Source of the DNA: Shigella phage SFP21B
Sequence record: OQ031073
Strand: one strand, 5' to 3'
DNA length: 39,356 nucleotides
Positions within the stretch are counted from its first letter, which is position 1. Every line of letters begins with the position of its first letter. This document shows positions 20,909 through 31,456 of the stretch, piece after piece. The translations under genes and the position numbers were made by a program. The notes beneath the pieces are model-generated. The model was not told the DNA's origin. It did not search any database and worked only from the letters and a program-made list of their open reading frames with translations.

Positions 20909-23575
20909 ATGAGCGTCATTCAGCTTGAGAAGCACGACTTCTCGGACATCTCCAACGCAATCGAGCCATTCAACATTCTGGCTGACCACTACGGTCAGGA
21001 CCTCGCAGTAAAACAGCTTCAGCTAGAGCATGAGGCATACACTGAAGGCGAGCGTCGTTTCATTAAGAACCTTGAGCGTCAGGCTGAGCGCGGGGAGCTG
21101 GCTGATAATCAGGTCGCAAGACCATTGATGCAAACTCTGGTCCCAAAGCTGGCGCAAGCCGTCAAGGAATGGCATGAGACCCAAGGGTCAACCCGTGGGA
21201 AACCTCAGGTCGCCTTCCTGAAGCTGAGCACTGAGAACAAGCCTCGTGAGCTTCTGGTCAAGCCTGAGTCGGTGGCAGTCATCGTCCTGAAGATTGCACT
21301 TAGCAAGCTGGTCAAGCCTGAAGGCGTACCGATTACGCCGATGGCCTCCGCTATAGGCCGCACACTGGAAGATGAAATCCGCTTCGGTCGCATCCGTGAC
21401 CAAGAGCAGGAGCACTTCAAGAAGACCATAGCTGAGAACCTGAAGAAACGCGCTGGCGTGGCCTACAAGAAAGCCTACATGCAAGCGGTCGAGGCCTCCA
21501 TGCTGGACCAGAAGCAACTGGCTGATGCGTGGGGGACTTGGAGTCCTGACGAGGCAGTACACGTAGGCATCAAGATGCTTGAGCTGCTGATTCAGTCCAC
21601 ACAACTGGTTGAGCTGAAGCGTCACAACGCCGGGAACGTAGCGTCAGACGTAGAAATGGTCCACCTGTCAGACTTCTGGGCCAAGAAGATGGCTCAGCGT
21701 GGTTACAGCCTTGCGGGTATCGCTCCGGTCTACCAACCTTGTGTCGTGCCTCCACGTCCTTGGAACTCGGTGGTCGGTGGCGGGTACTGGGCTAAAGGTC
21801 GCAGACCTCTCCCGCTGATGCGCTTAGGGTCGAAGGCCGCTATCGCTCGCTACGAGGAAGTTTACATGCCTGAAGTCTACGAGGCAGTGAACATCATTCA
21901 GCAGACTCCTTGGAAGGTGAACAAGAAGGTGCTGGACGTGGTTAACATGGTCGAGAAGCTGAACAATACTCCTATCGCAGACATCCCTCAGATGGACCCG
22001 ATGAAGCCTGAAGACTACAACGGGGAGACTGAAGAGGAGCTGAAGGCGTGGAAGAAAGCTGCTGCTGGCATCTACCGCCGCGAGAAGGCCCGACAGTCCC
22101 GCCGTTTGTCTCTGAGCTTCATCGTAGGACAGGCGAACAAGTTCTCTCAGTTCAAGGCCATTTGGTTCCCGTACAACATGGACTGGCGCGGTCGCGTCTA
22201 CGCTGTCCCGATGTTCAACCCACAAGGCAACGATATGCAGAAGGGTCTGCTGACTCTGGCAGTCGGTAAGCCAATTGGTGCGGACGGCTTCAAGTGGCTG
22301 AAGGTCCACGGTGCAAACTGTGCGGGTGTCGATAAAGTCACCTTCGAGGAGCGCATCAAGTGGGTAGAAGACAACCACGACAACATCCTCGCGGCTGCTA
22401 AGAGTCCGATGGATAGTATCGACTGGTGGGGCAAGCTGGACTCTCCGTTCTGCTTCCTCGCGTTCTGCTTCGAGTATGCTGGGGTCATGCACCACGGGCT
22501 GAGCTACTCCTGCTCTCTACCTATCGCGTTCGATGGGTCCTGCTCCGGGATTCAGCACTTCAGCGCGATGCTTCGTGACCACGTTGGTGGACATGCGGTT
22601 AACCTGACGCCAAGCGGGAAGGTTCAAGACATCTACCGCATTGTGTCCGACCGTGTGGAAGAACAGCTTAAGGAACTGCTGGTCAACGGTAGCGACAACG
22701 AGGTGAAGACTTTCGAGGACAAGAAGACAGGCGAGATTACTGAACGTATGGTCCTTGGAACTCGTGAGCTGGCCCGTCAGTGGTTGACCTACGGTATGTC
22801 ACGCTCGGTCACTAAACGCTCGGTAATGACTCTGGCATACGGGTCGAAAGAGTACGGGTTCGCGGACCAAGTGTTTGAGGACACCGTGATGCCAGCGATT
22901 GACAATGGCAAGGGTGCGATGTTCACAGACCCAAGCCAAGCGTCCCGCTTCATGGCTAAGATGATTTGGGATGCAGTAAGCGTGACCGTGGTTGCTGCGG
23001 TAGACGCGATGAAGTGGCTGCAAGGTGCGGCTAAACTGCTGGCTTCTGAGGTCAAGGACAAGAAGACCAAAGAGGTCCTGAAGCCTTGCCTCCCGGTACA
23101 CTGGGTCACGCCTGATGGGTTCCCGGTCTGGCAGGAGTACCGCAAGAAGGACACCACACGTCTGGACCTGATGTTCCTCGGTACTTTCCGTCTGCAACCT
23201 ACCGTCAACAAAAGCGGGAGCAAGGAGCTGGACAAACACAAGCAGGAGTCAGGCATTAGCCCGAACTTTGTACACTCACAAGACGGCAGTCACCTGAGGA
23301 AGACTGTGGTCCACACTCACCGCAAGTATGGCGTGATGTCCTTCGCAGTGATTCACGATAGCTTCGGGACCATCCCGGCTGACGCTGAGTTCCTGTTCAA
23401 AGGTGTCCGTGAGACGATGGTCGAGACCTACCGCGACAACGATGTGCTGCAAGACTTCTACGAGCAGTTCGCGGACCAGCTTCATGAGAGTCAGCGCGAC
23501 AAGTTGCCTGAGCTTCCGAAGCGCGGTAAACTGAACATCGAAGACATTCTGTTATCTGACTTTGCATTCGCCTAA
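20909..23575 (+). CDS. 1: single-subunit DNA-directed RNA polymerase (gp1)
   Basis: 888 aa; collinear with T7 RNAP (FSDI, PFNILADHYG, PCVVPPRPW, AIWFPYNMDWRGRVYAV, DGSCSGIQHFSAMLRD, RSVTKRSVMTLAYGS, HDSFGT, SDFAFA C-terminus). Confidence 0.98.
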   Translation: MSVIQLEKHDFSDISNAIEPFNILADHYGQDLAVKQLQLEHEAYTEGERRFIKNLERQAERGELADNQVARPLMQTLVPKLAQAVKEWHETQGSTRGKPQVAFLKLSTENKPRELLVKPESVAVIVLKIALSKLVKPEGVPITPMASAIGRTLEDEIRFGRIRDQEQEHFKKTIAENLKKRAGVAYKKAYMQAVEASMLDQKQLADAWGTWSPDEAVHVGIKMLELLIQSTQLVELKRHNAGNVASDVEMVHLSDFWAKKMAQRGYSLAGIAPVYQPCVVPPRPWNSVVGGGYWAKGRRPLPLMRLGSKAAIARYEEVYMPEVYEAVNIIQQTPWKVNKKVLDVVNMVEKLNNTPIADIPQMDPMKPEDYNGETEEELKAWKKAAAGIYRREKARQSRRLSLSFIVGQANKFSQFKAIWFPYNMDWRGRVYAVPMFNPQGNDMQKGLLTLAVGKPIGADGFKWLKVHGANCAGVDKVTFEERIKWVEDNHDNILAAAKSPMDSIDWWGKLDSPFCFLAFCFEYAGVMHHGLSYSCSLPIAFDGSCSGIQHFSAMLRDHVGGHAVNLTPSGKVQDIYRIVSDRVEEQLKELLVNGSDNEVKTFEDKKTGEITERMVLGTRELARQWLTYGMSRSVTKRSVMTLAYGSKEYGFADQVFEDTVMPAIDNGKGAMFTDPSQASRFMAKMIWDAVSVTVVAAVDAMKWLQGAAKLLASEVKDKKTKEVLKPCLPVHWVTPDGFPVWQEYRKKDTTRLDLMFLGTFRLQPTVNKSGSKELDKHKQESGISPNFVHSQDGSHLRKTVVHTHRKYGVMSFAVIHDSFGTIPADAEFLFKGVRETMVETYRDNDVLQDFYEQFADQLHESQRDKLPELPKRGKLNIEDILLSDFAFA

Positions 23576-23588
23576 GGAGGCACCTAGT

Positions 23589-23789
23589 ATGAAATTCGCA
23601 CACAAGCAAACTGGCGTTAAGGGTGGCACTCAAATCGTGACCGTTACCGAACACAATGGCAAGGGTCTTGTGAAGACCACGGTCATCCCAACCGAGATGT
23701 CAAAACAGCTTAATGTCCCATTCAAATGGCTGGTGAAGCAGGTTGAGAAGTCACACGAACAGGCCCTGACTAAGGCAGCAGCGAAATGA
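23589..23789 (+). CDS. hypothetical protein
   Basis: 66 aa from ATG with SD AAGGAGG; track start 23562 overlaps RNAP. Confidence 0.5.
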   Translation: MKFAHKQTGVKGGTQIVTVTEHNGKGLVKTTVIPTEMSKQLNVPFKWLVKQVEKSHEQALTKAAAK

Positions 23790-23867
23790 CAGACTTACAG
23801 TGGCTGGGAGTGTGGCTCCTAGCTTTAGCAGTTTACACTTTAATCCAACGCAGAAGAGGTTAACCAT

Positions 23868-24332
23868 ATGTTCGGTAAGTCAAAACTTAAAGCACAAATC
23901 AAAGAGTTGAGCGTGAAGGCAGCATACTTGGAGCGAGCCGTAGCGGTCCGGGACAAGGACAACGAGCGGCTGAAGGATAAACTTGCTGAATCCGAGCGCA
24001 GACGCTTAACGCCGCCAGAGCCTGTGACTGTGAAGCGTATGGTTGGCCTGAAGTTCCGAGCGCTGTTCAATGGTCTCTACCAGCCGACTGAGTTCAAGAC
24101 CGGGCCGGGGACATGTGGCAAGACAGTGACACACTTCACCACGAGTCGGACCGAGCGCGAGCTGACCATCCACCAGCACCATACGGATGGCTCTCAGAAG
24201 GACTTCGAGTATCGACTGAGCGACATCGACGGTCGCATCCAGTACGACTACGAGCAAGTTAAGGTCTACGGCGAAGAGGCAGAACGCGAGCGAGCGCTGA
24301 GGCAGTTCGTAGTTCGACCGCGCTATGCTTAA
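23868..24332 (+). CDS. hypothetical protein with N-terminal coiled-coil-like segment
   Basis: 154 aa, clean ORF with ATG and upstream GAAGAGG; no recognised homolog. Confidence 0.55.
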   Translation: MFGKSKLKAQIKELSVKAAYLERAVAVRDKDNERLKDKLAESERRRLTPPEPVTVKRMVGLKFRALFNGLYQPTEFKTGPGTCGKTVTHFTTSRTERELTIHQHHTDGSQKDFEYRLSDIDGRIQYDYEQVKVYGEEAERERALRQFVVRPRYA

Positions 24333-24350
24333 ACCCTCACTATAGGATTA
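24328..24350 (+). promoter_or_regulatory. phage RNAP promoter (phi1.1-like), GCTTAAACCCTCACTATAGGATT
   Basis: consensus match. Confidence 0.85.
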
Positions 24351-24394
24351 GACTCAAGGTCATGACTCAAAGTCGTGGCCTTCATGATTAACCC
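24351..24394 (+). other. RNase III-type processing stem-loop (R1.1-like), copy 2
   Basis: GACTCAAGGTCATGACTCAAAGTCGTGGCCTTCATGATTAACCC. Confidence 0.45.
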
Positions 24395-24420
24395 TAACTC
24401 AAACTACTGGAGATTTAACC

Positions 24421-24600
24421 ATGTATCAGAACACCGTCAACTTCGAGCGCATCCGTGAACGTCAGCAGACTGAAGGCTACATGCCTAAAGGCCGCAAGCT
24501 GAACAAGCCTAAACGTGGTGGTGGCGTGAAGGGTGCTTTCCGTAACGCTGAGGGTAAAGACTCTCTGGTCAACCAAGAGAAGTATTTCTTAGGAGCATAA
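24421..24600 (+). CDS. 1.1: gp1.1-like small basic protein
   Basis: 59 aa, not in track; KGRKLNKPKR resembles T7 gp1.1. Confidence 0.6.
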   Translation: MYQNTVNFERIRERQQTEGYMPKGRKLNKPKRGGGVKGAFRNAEGKDSLVNQEKYFLGA

Positions 24601-24604
24601 CCAA

Positions 24605-24868
24605 ATGGGCCGACTTTATAGTGGCAACCTCAACGCTTTCAGAGCAGCGTGTAACAGACTTTATCAGTTAGACTTCTGCGTGATACAGCAGGACTGGTAC
24701 GAGGCGCATCTTCGGAAAGAGTGCATGAGACTTCAAGTCGAGGACCGAGCCGGTAACATCTTCGCGCTTGAGACCTTCGCACACTACGACGAAGACGTAC
24801 TGTATAATACTGCAACCACATTCCTTAACGGTCTCGCTGACCAACTCGACACATGGAGAAAAATATAA
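24605..24868 (+). CDS. 1.2: gp1.2-like protein (host dGTPase inhibitor family)
   Basis: 87 aa; MGRLYSGNL..., YDEDVL resemble T7 gp1.2. Confidence 0.85.
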   Translation: MGRLYSGNLNAFRAACNRLYQLDFCVIQQDWYEAHLRKECMRLQVEDRAGNIFALETFAHYDEDVLYNTATTFLNGLADQLDTWRKI

Positions 24869-25944
24869 TGACAACTATCAAAACCAATCCACATCGCGCT
24901 GTAGATTACTCTGAGTCCGGCGTTAAGAAAGCACTGGACGCAGCCGGGTCGCTGGAAGCTGAAGTGAAGTACGACGGTGTGCGTCTCAACATCCCGGTCC
25001 TTCGTGAAGGTGAGACCTACTGGCTGAGCCGTGAGTCGAAACCTCTGCCAGCCTTGGAGTGGATGAACTCTGAGTTAGGAAATGCTTGGACCCAAGCTGA
25101 CTGGCGTTGGTTCCTGCGTCAAGCTGGCTACGAAGGTGTGGGCCTGATGATTGACGGCGAGGTCATGGTCAAAGGCGTGGACTTCAACACCTCCTCAGGT
25201 CTCATCCGAACGAAGTGGCTGAAGCCTAACAACGAGGCGTTCGCTGAATGCTATCCGGGCCGTGGCAAGAAGGTCCCGTTCTGGGTCGCCCGGTCCCGAC
25301 TTCAGGTTGTGGTCTACGGTGTCGTCGACATGACGACCATAGCCGACCCGAAAGCCGAAGGTCCTATCCATAGCGTCACCCGCCTGAAAGCCGAAGCTAT
25401 CGTCCCTCTCCTCCAGAAATACTTCCCTGAAATCGACTGGGTTCTGTCTGAGTCACACACGGTCTTTGACCTTGAGTCGCTCAACTCCCTCTACGAAGAG
25501 AAGCGTCTGGAAGGACACGAGGGTCTGGTAGTCAAGGACCCACTGGGCAAATACAAGCGTGGAAAGAAGTCAGGCATGTGGAAGATGAAGCCTGAAGACA
25601 CCATCGACGGGACCGTATGTGGCCTCGTGTGGGGAACTCCGGGAAAGGCCAACGAAGGCAAGGTCATCGGCTTTGAGGTACTCTTGGAGGATGGCATGGT
25701 GGTCAACGCCTGCGGTCTGACTGAAGAACAGAAGGGCGAGTTCACAGCTAAAGTCGCTGAATCTAGCGGTTATACCTTGTCTGGCGGCCCTGTGGTTATT
25801 CAGGATGGGACCGAGAAGACCAACCCCTACCACGGCTGGCAGTGTGAAGTCCTCTTCATGGAGCGGTTCCCTGACGGCTCCCTTCGTCATCCTAGCTTCA
25901 AGTGCTGGCGTGGAACCGAAGACAACCCAACGGTGAAGTCATGA
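24868..25944 (+). CDS. 1.3: ATP-dependent DNA ligase (gp1.3)
   Basis: T7 ligase-like (IKTNP, adenylation motif EVKYDGVR, YWLSR, MIDGEVMVKGVDFNTSSGLIRTKW, EGHEGLVVKDP, YKRGKKSGMWKMKPE, DGSLRHPSF); start at ATG 24868 (TAATG overlap), in-frame alternative 24853. Confidence 0.95.
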   Translation: MTTIKTNPHRAVDYSESGVKKALDAAGSLEAEVKYDGVRLNIPVLREGETYWLSRESKPLPALEWMNSELGNAWTQADWRWFLRQAGYEGVGLMIDGEVMVKGVDFNTSSGLIRTKWLKPNNEAFAECYPGRGKKVPFWVARSRLQVVVYGVVDMTTIADPKAEGPIHSVTRLKAEAIVPLLQKYFPEIDWVLSESHTVFDLESLNSLYEEKRLEGHEGLVVKDPLGKYKRGKKSGMWKMKPEDTIDGTVCGLVWGTPGKANEGKVIGFEVLLEDGMVVNACGLTEEQKGEFTAKVAESSGYTLSGGPVVIQDGTEKTNPYHGWQCEVLFMERFPDGSLRHPSFKCWRGTEDNPTVKS

Positions 25945-26120
25945 GTACGCAACTTTATATCAACACAGCAAGTGGTCAACTCTACGCTGTGGTAAATGGT
26001 GAGCTGTGGTATCGTAAACTCAAGAAGTGGGCCAAGTCCTACTACGATGAAGAGACAATATCAACCATGAGTCATCGCTACCGTAAGGCTGCGAAGGTGA
26101 ACAACTTTAAGATGCGTTAA
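25941..26120 (+). CDS. hypothetical small protein
   Basis: 59 aa from ATG overlapping ligase stop (ATGA). Confidence 0.45.
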   Translation: MSTQLYINTASGQLYAVVNGELWYRKLKKWAKSYYDEETISTMSHRYRKAAKVNNFKMR

Positions 26121-26123
26121 CGT

Positions 26124-26158
26124 CAACCCAGTGGTCTTCTGACTGCTGGGTTTCTTTG
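26124..26158 (+). terminator. rho-independent terminator (early terminator TE-like)
   Basis: stem ACCCAGTGG/CTGCTGGGT followed by TTCTTTG; located after the ligase region where T7 has TE. Confidence 0.6.
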
Positions 26159-26177
26159 CGTTTAGGCCCGGTCCAGA

Positions 26178-26200
26178 TTTAAACCCTCACTATAGGACCA
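26178..26200 (+). promoter_or_regulatory. phage RNAP promoter, GATTTAAACCCTCACTATAGGAC
   Basis: consensus match. Confidence 0.85.
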
Positions 26201-26234
26201 CATCCGGTCCACAAACTTTAAGAGGAGTGACCTT

Positions 26235-26495
26235 ATGTTTAAGAACTTAATGTTCAATCGCTACAGCAATACCTTCCACCTGTCCCACAATCCGTTTGCT
26301 TGCATTAAGCGTAACGAGAAGGTGGGCTTCTTCGGGAAGGCCGTTAAGCTGGCACCTACAGTCTACGCTCTGATTACCCCGGTCAAAGTGGAAGAGGCTC
26401 GCCAGAAGCGTGAGACCAACGTACCTGTGGTCTACACCAAGTGGCCTCGTGTTCGCCTGTTCGTTGAGTTCGTGAAGGAGGTGGTCAATGATTAA
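26235..26495 (+). CDS. gp1.6-like protein
   Basis: 86 aa; SD AAGAGGAG; assigned by position and MF.NL.FN.Y..TFHLS N-terminus. Confidence 0.55.
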   Translation: MFKNLMFNRYSNTFHLSHNPFACIKRNEKVGFFGKAVKLAPTVYALITPVKVEEARQKRETNVPVVYTKWPRVRLFVEFVKEVVND

Positions 26496-26796
26496 AAATG
26501 AACAGCCTATCTACACTGGCGGTTCGTCTGACTACTATCAGGTACACATAAAGAGCACCACCACTCCGGGTCGGCCTGAGTACATCGCTGAGTGCAACGA
26601 CATCATCGAGGCTCTGGGTATGAACTTTGCGGAAGGAAATGCGTTCAAGGCCCTGTGGCGTAGAGCAGCCCAAAGGACTTTAGGTCTGCGTAAAGCGGGC
26701 GCTAAAGACGATGGCCTGTACGATGCTGAGAAAGTTGAGTTCTTCGGTGCGCGTCTGGTAGCTCAGAGTAAGGCTGGTGGTTATGACTCCGAGTGA
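26488..26796 (+). CDS. gp1.7-like protein (short form)
   Basis: 102 aa; SD GAAGGAGGTGG; C-terminal half resembles the C-terminal part of T7 gp1.7 nucleotide kinase as remembered. Confidence 0.5.
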   Translation: MIKNEQPIYTGGSSDYYQVHIKSTTTPGRPEYIAECNDIIEALGMNFAEGNAFKALWRRAAQRTLGLRKAGAKDDGLYDAEKVEFFGARLVAQSKAGGYDSE

Positions 26797-26874
26797 ATGG
26801 TGCGAGATGATGTTCGAGAAGACAGGAAATACTGACTACCTTGAACTATATAACCAATGGAAAGGGAGAGGACT

Positions 26875-27039
26875 ATGAGCCTTGAAGAAAAGAAGTACAT
26901 CGTGGAGCTTGAGGGTCGAGTTCAGTCCTTTGAGGTCCCGGTCTACGCTAAGTCTCTGGACGAGGCGACCCTGAAGGCTCAGGAATACGAGGACGCTGGC
27001 TTTGTTGTCGGACGCATTCACCCTGAGCGCAAGCAATAA
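26875..27039 (+). CDS. 2: gp2-like inhibitor of host RNA polymerase
   Basis: [14 protein letters not shown] ... AGFVVGRI resembles T7 gp2; start 26875 (SD GGGAGAGG), in-frame alternative 26857. Confidence 0.8.
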   Translation: MSLEEKKYIVELEGRVQSFEVPVYAKSLDEATLKAQEYEDAGFVVGRIHPERKQ

Positions 27040-27057
27040 ACCCTCACTGTAGGACAA
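27035..27057 (+). promoter_or_regulatory. phage RNAP promoter variant (phi2.5-like), AATAAACCCTCACTGTAGGACAA
   Basis: core CCTCACTGTAGG (G at -3). Confidence 0.7.
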
Positions 27058-27082
27058 CCATTAACTTTAGGAGATTTACCCA

Positions 27083-27781
27083 ATGGCTAAAGAGCAACTG
27101 AAAACTTTCACCACTCCGGTAGCTGGTCTAGTAGAGCCGTATAGCTGGCTGAACAAGGCAGACACCAAGTTCAACGAGCGCGGTGAGCATAAAGTCAACC
27201 TGACGTTCGACCTGAGCGACCCGAAAGTCCGTAAGATGATTGACGTCTTACAGAAGATTCACGACGATGCGTATGCGAAAGCACTCGCAGACCACGAGAA
27301 GAACCCGCCTCAGGTTCAGCGTGGCAAGAAGCCTATCGAACCGCGTGAAGGCGACATGCCGTGGATTGAGAACGGTGACGGTACTGTTACCCTGAAGTTC
27401 AAATGCTTTGCGTCTTACTTGAAAGATGGCAAGTCCGAGCCTATCGTATTACGGTTCTACGACACCGATGCTAAACTCATCCGTGACGTCCCGAATATTG
27501 GCACCGGGTCTAAGCTGAAGGTCAAGTTCAAAGTCCTGCCGTTCAAGTGGAACGCTGCGACTGGTGCAAGCGTTAAGCTGCAACTTGAATCCTGCCTGCT
27601 GGTCGAGCTGAAAGAGTGGTCCGGCGATGGCACTGGTGGTGATGGTGGCTGGGGTGACGATGAAGACATCGGCTCTGGTGGCTACAAAGCGTCTACTGAC
27701 GGTGACTTCGGGTCTGACGACTTCAGCGAAGATGCCGATGGTGGTGATGACTCTGCGTCCGGTGGCGACTACGACTTCTAA
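27083..27781 (+). CDS. 2.5: single-stranded DNA-binding protein (gp2.5)
   Basis: 232 aa; T7 gp2.5-like (RGKKPIEPREGDMPW, NGDGT, KFKC, ASVKLQLESCLLVEL) with acidic C-terminal tail ending DF. Confidence 0.95.
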   Translation: MAKEQLKTFTTPVAGLVEPYSWLNKADTKFNERGEHKVNLTFDLSDPKVRKMIDVLQKIHDDAYAKALADHEKNPPQVQRGKKPIEPREGDMPWIENGDGTVTLKFKCFASYLKDGKSEPIVLRFYDTDAKLIRDVPNIGTGSKLKVKFKVLPFKWNAATGASVKLQLESCLLVELKEWSGDGTGGDGGWGDDEDIGSGGYKASTDGDFGSDDFSEDADGGDDSASGGDYDF

Positions 27782-27783
27782 TC

Positions 27784-28236
27784 GTGGCTGCATGGACACC
27801 AAAACGGGGGCACTCTGTGGGTGCCTACCGCTCTGGACTTGAGGCTAAGAACCAGCAGTGGCTGGAACAGAACGGCGTCAAAGCGGAGTACGAAAGCCAT
27901 TATATCAACTATGTGATTCCGGCTTCCGACCACAAGTATACACCAGACTTCATCCTTCCGAATGGCATCATCGTCGAGACCAAAGGTATCTTCGACAGTG
28001 AGGACCGCAAGAAGCATATGCTGGTGCGCGAGCAACACCCTGAGCTGGACATCCGGTTCGTGTTCTCGTCCTCCCGCTCCAAGTTGTACAAAGGGTCTCC
28101 GACCACGTATGGCGCATGGTGCGAAAAGAACGGCTTTAAGTTTGCCGACAAGTTTATCCCGGTTGAGTGGCTGAAAGAGGCGACTGTACGTCTGCCTTCC
28201 GGTATCCTCATCCCGAAGAAAGGAGCTAAGAAATGA
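27784..28236 (+). CDS. 3: endonuclease I, Holliday junction resolvase (gp3)
   Basis: T7 gp3-like (GAYRSGLE, YVIPAS, YTPDFILPNGIIVETKG, RKKHMLVREQHPELDIRFVFSSSRSKLYKGSPT); GTG start, N-terminal length aligns with T7. Confidence 0.9.
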   Translation: MAAWTPKRGHSVGAYRSGLEAKNQQWLEQNGVKAEYESHYINYVIPASDHKYTPDFILPNGIIVETKGIFDSEDRKKHMLVREQHPELDIRFVFSSSRSKLYKGSPTTYGAWCEKNGFKFADKFIPVEWLKEATVRLPSGILIPKKGAKK

Positions 28237-28457
28237 CTAAAGAAGTGCAGGTAGTACGCGAGCGCCTGACCATTGACAAAATCCCGGTGGGCTATGCGTT
28301 CATCGTTCATGGTCGCCCGGACGAAGTGTACGTGAAGATTAGCAACTCGCACGTCTTCAACCATAAGCGCCTCCAGATGCACACGACTGTGAGTGAACGC
28401 TTCAAGTATCACCTGAATCTCGTTATCGTCGAGCTGGTGGTGTACAATGGTAAGTAA
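28233..28457 (+). CDS. hypothetical protein
   Basis: 74 aa; ATGA overlap with gene 3 stop. Confidence 0.5.
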   Translation: MTKEVQVVRERLTIDKIPVGYAFIVHGRPDEVYVKISNSHVFNHKRLQMHTTVSERFKYHLNLVIVELVVYNGK

Positions 28458-28905
28458 GGTTCAGTTCAAACCCCGTACAGTCACTGACGCAATCTTCGTC
28501 CACTGTAGTGCAACCCAACCGTCTCAGGACATCGGGGTAGACACTATCCGCATGTGGCACAAGCAGCAAGGCTGGCTGGACGTAGGCTATCACTTCGTCA
28601 TCAAGCGCGATGGCACCGTGGAGTCTGGACGTCCAGTCGATGTCGTAGGGTCACACGTTAAGGATTGGAACTCCCGGTCCGTAGGCGTCTGCCTTGTAGG
28701 TGGAATTGACGCTAAGGGCAAGTTTGAAGCTAACTTCACGCCTGCTCAGATGAACGCCCTCCGCAACAAGCTGGCGGAACTGAAGGCCCTGTACCCTCAG
28801 GCAGACATCAAGGCGCACCACGATGTAGCACCAAAGGCCTGCCCAAGTTTTGACTTGCAGCGCTGGCTGAACACTAACGAAATGGTCACTTCCGACCGAG
28901 GCTAA
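28447..28905 (+). CDS. 3.5: lysozyme / N-acetylmuramoyl-L-alanine amidase (gp3.5)
   Basis: 152 aa; T7 lysozyme-like including zinc ligands (AIFVHCSAT, GWLDVGYHF, SIGVCLVGGID, HHDVAPKACPSFD, VTSDRG). Confidence 0.96.
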   Translation: MVSKVQFKPRTVTDAIFVHCSATQPSQDIGVDTIRMWHKQQGWLDVGYHFVIKRDGTVESGRPVDVVGSHVKDWNSRSVGVCLVGGIDAKGKFEANFTPAQMNALRNKLAELKALYPQADIKAHHDVAPKACPSFDLQRWLNTNEMVTSDRG

Positions 28906-29023
28906 GGGTGCGGAAGCGGCTGCTGCGGAAGCGGATAGCCTGCGCATCAAGTCTCTGGACGCTGGCCTCCGTGCGCGTGGTCTGGACAAGAAGGCTGAAC
29001 AACTGAAGGGATTCTTCAGCTAA

Positions 29024-29046
29024 CTTAAACACTCACTAAAGGGATG
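29024..29046 (+). promoter_or_regulatory. phage RNAP promoter variant upstream of primase-helicase, CTTAAACACTCACTAAAGGGATG
   Basis: core ACTCACTAAAGGGA (A at -10, A at -3; T3-like -3). Confidence 0.65.
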
Positions 29047-29092
29047 ACCACTTTCGGTTGTCCCTTCGTTCGCATTATTGATTAAGGAGTGA

Positions 29093-30852
<1,760 letters not shown>

Positions 30853-30875
<23 letters not shown>

Positions 30876-31386
30876 GACCCTGACCGAAGCTCAGCTTGAG
30901 CTTGGCCCGAAGGAGGGACTTGAAGTCTTCACCTCTCGCTGCACGGGCCGAACTCTTGGTAGGGCGCTGCTGTTCATCTCCACGGCTATGGTCCAAGGGT
31001 CGATTGACATTGGGCCGCTGCGTGGCAACTTGGGAGACCAAGAGGTTGACAGCACGAAGTACCAAATCACTCAGCGTCTCGACCAGATGGGCCTCGTAGG
31101 GTTCAAGCTGGAAGGTGACGTTCTGTCCTATTATCCATTCGAGGAGCACCAAGATGTTAAAGAGGTTGTGCGAGAAGTTAAAGTCCAAGTATCACCTTTC
31201 TCTGGCGAAGTGGTATCACCACGAAGCTACAGTGTTAAGCAACATCCTGAAGGACCAGCGGTTCCAGTCAGCGGCATGGAACAAATCTACTCAGAAGTGC
31301 GCGTATCATCTGGCGCGAGTCCTGTAGTTGAACCAATGGAGACTATCGAGCCTCTGGTTCCAGACATGACGCCATCCAAGCAATAA
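30853..31386 (+). CDS. hypothetical protein (gene 4.3-4.7 region); extent uncertain
   Basis: ATG with SD GAGGAG; N-terminal ~100 codons have gene-like codon usage; a second frame (31154..31327, SD GAGGAG) looks more gene-like downstream. Confidence 0.4.
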
Positions 31387-31404
31387 GCCCTCACTGTAGG
31401 ATAG
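31382..31404 (+). promoter_or_regulatory. phage RNAP promoter variant upstream of DNA polymerase, AATAAGCCCTCACTGTAGGATAG
   Basis: core CCTCACTGTAGG (G at -3). Confidence 0.7.
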
Positions 31405-31443
31405 ACTCAAGGTCGTTAATACTAGCGGCCTTTATGATTAGAC
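31403..31443 (+). other. RNase III-type processing stem-loop (R4.7-like), copy 3
   Basis: AGACTCAAGGTCGTTAATACTAGCGGCCTTTATGATTAGAC. Confidence 0.45.
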
Positions 31444-31456
31444 TATAGGAGACATT

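Noticed and set aside
21824-22495. 223-aa ORF on the minus strand inside the RNA polymerase gene
   Set aside because: Antisense to a strongly supported gene; T7-like phages transcribe one strand only; composition typical of antisense frames in a coding region
28651-28989. 112-aa minus-strand ORF spanning the lysozyme 3' end and following intergenic region
   Set aside because: Antisense to lysozyme; Arg/Ala-rich translation typical of a GC-rich antisense frame
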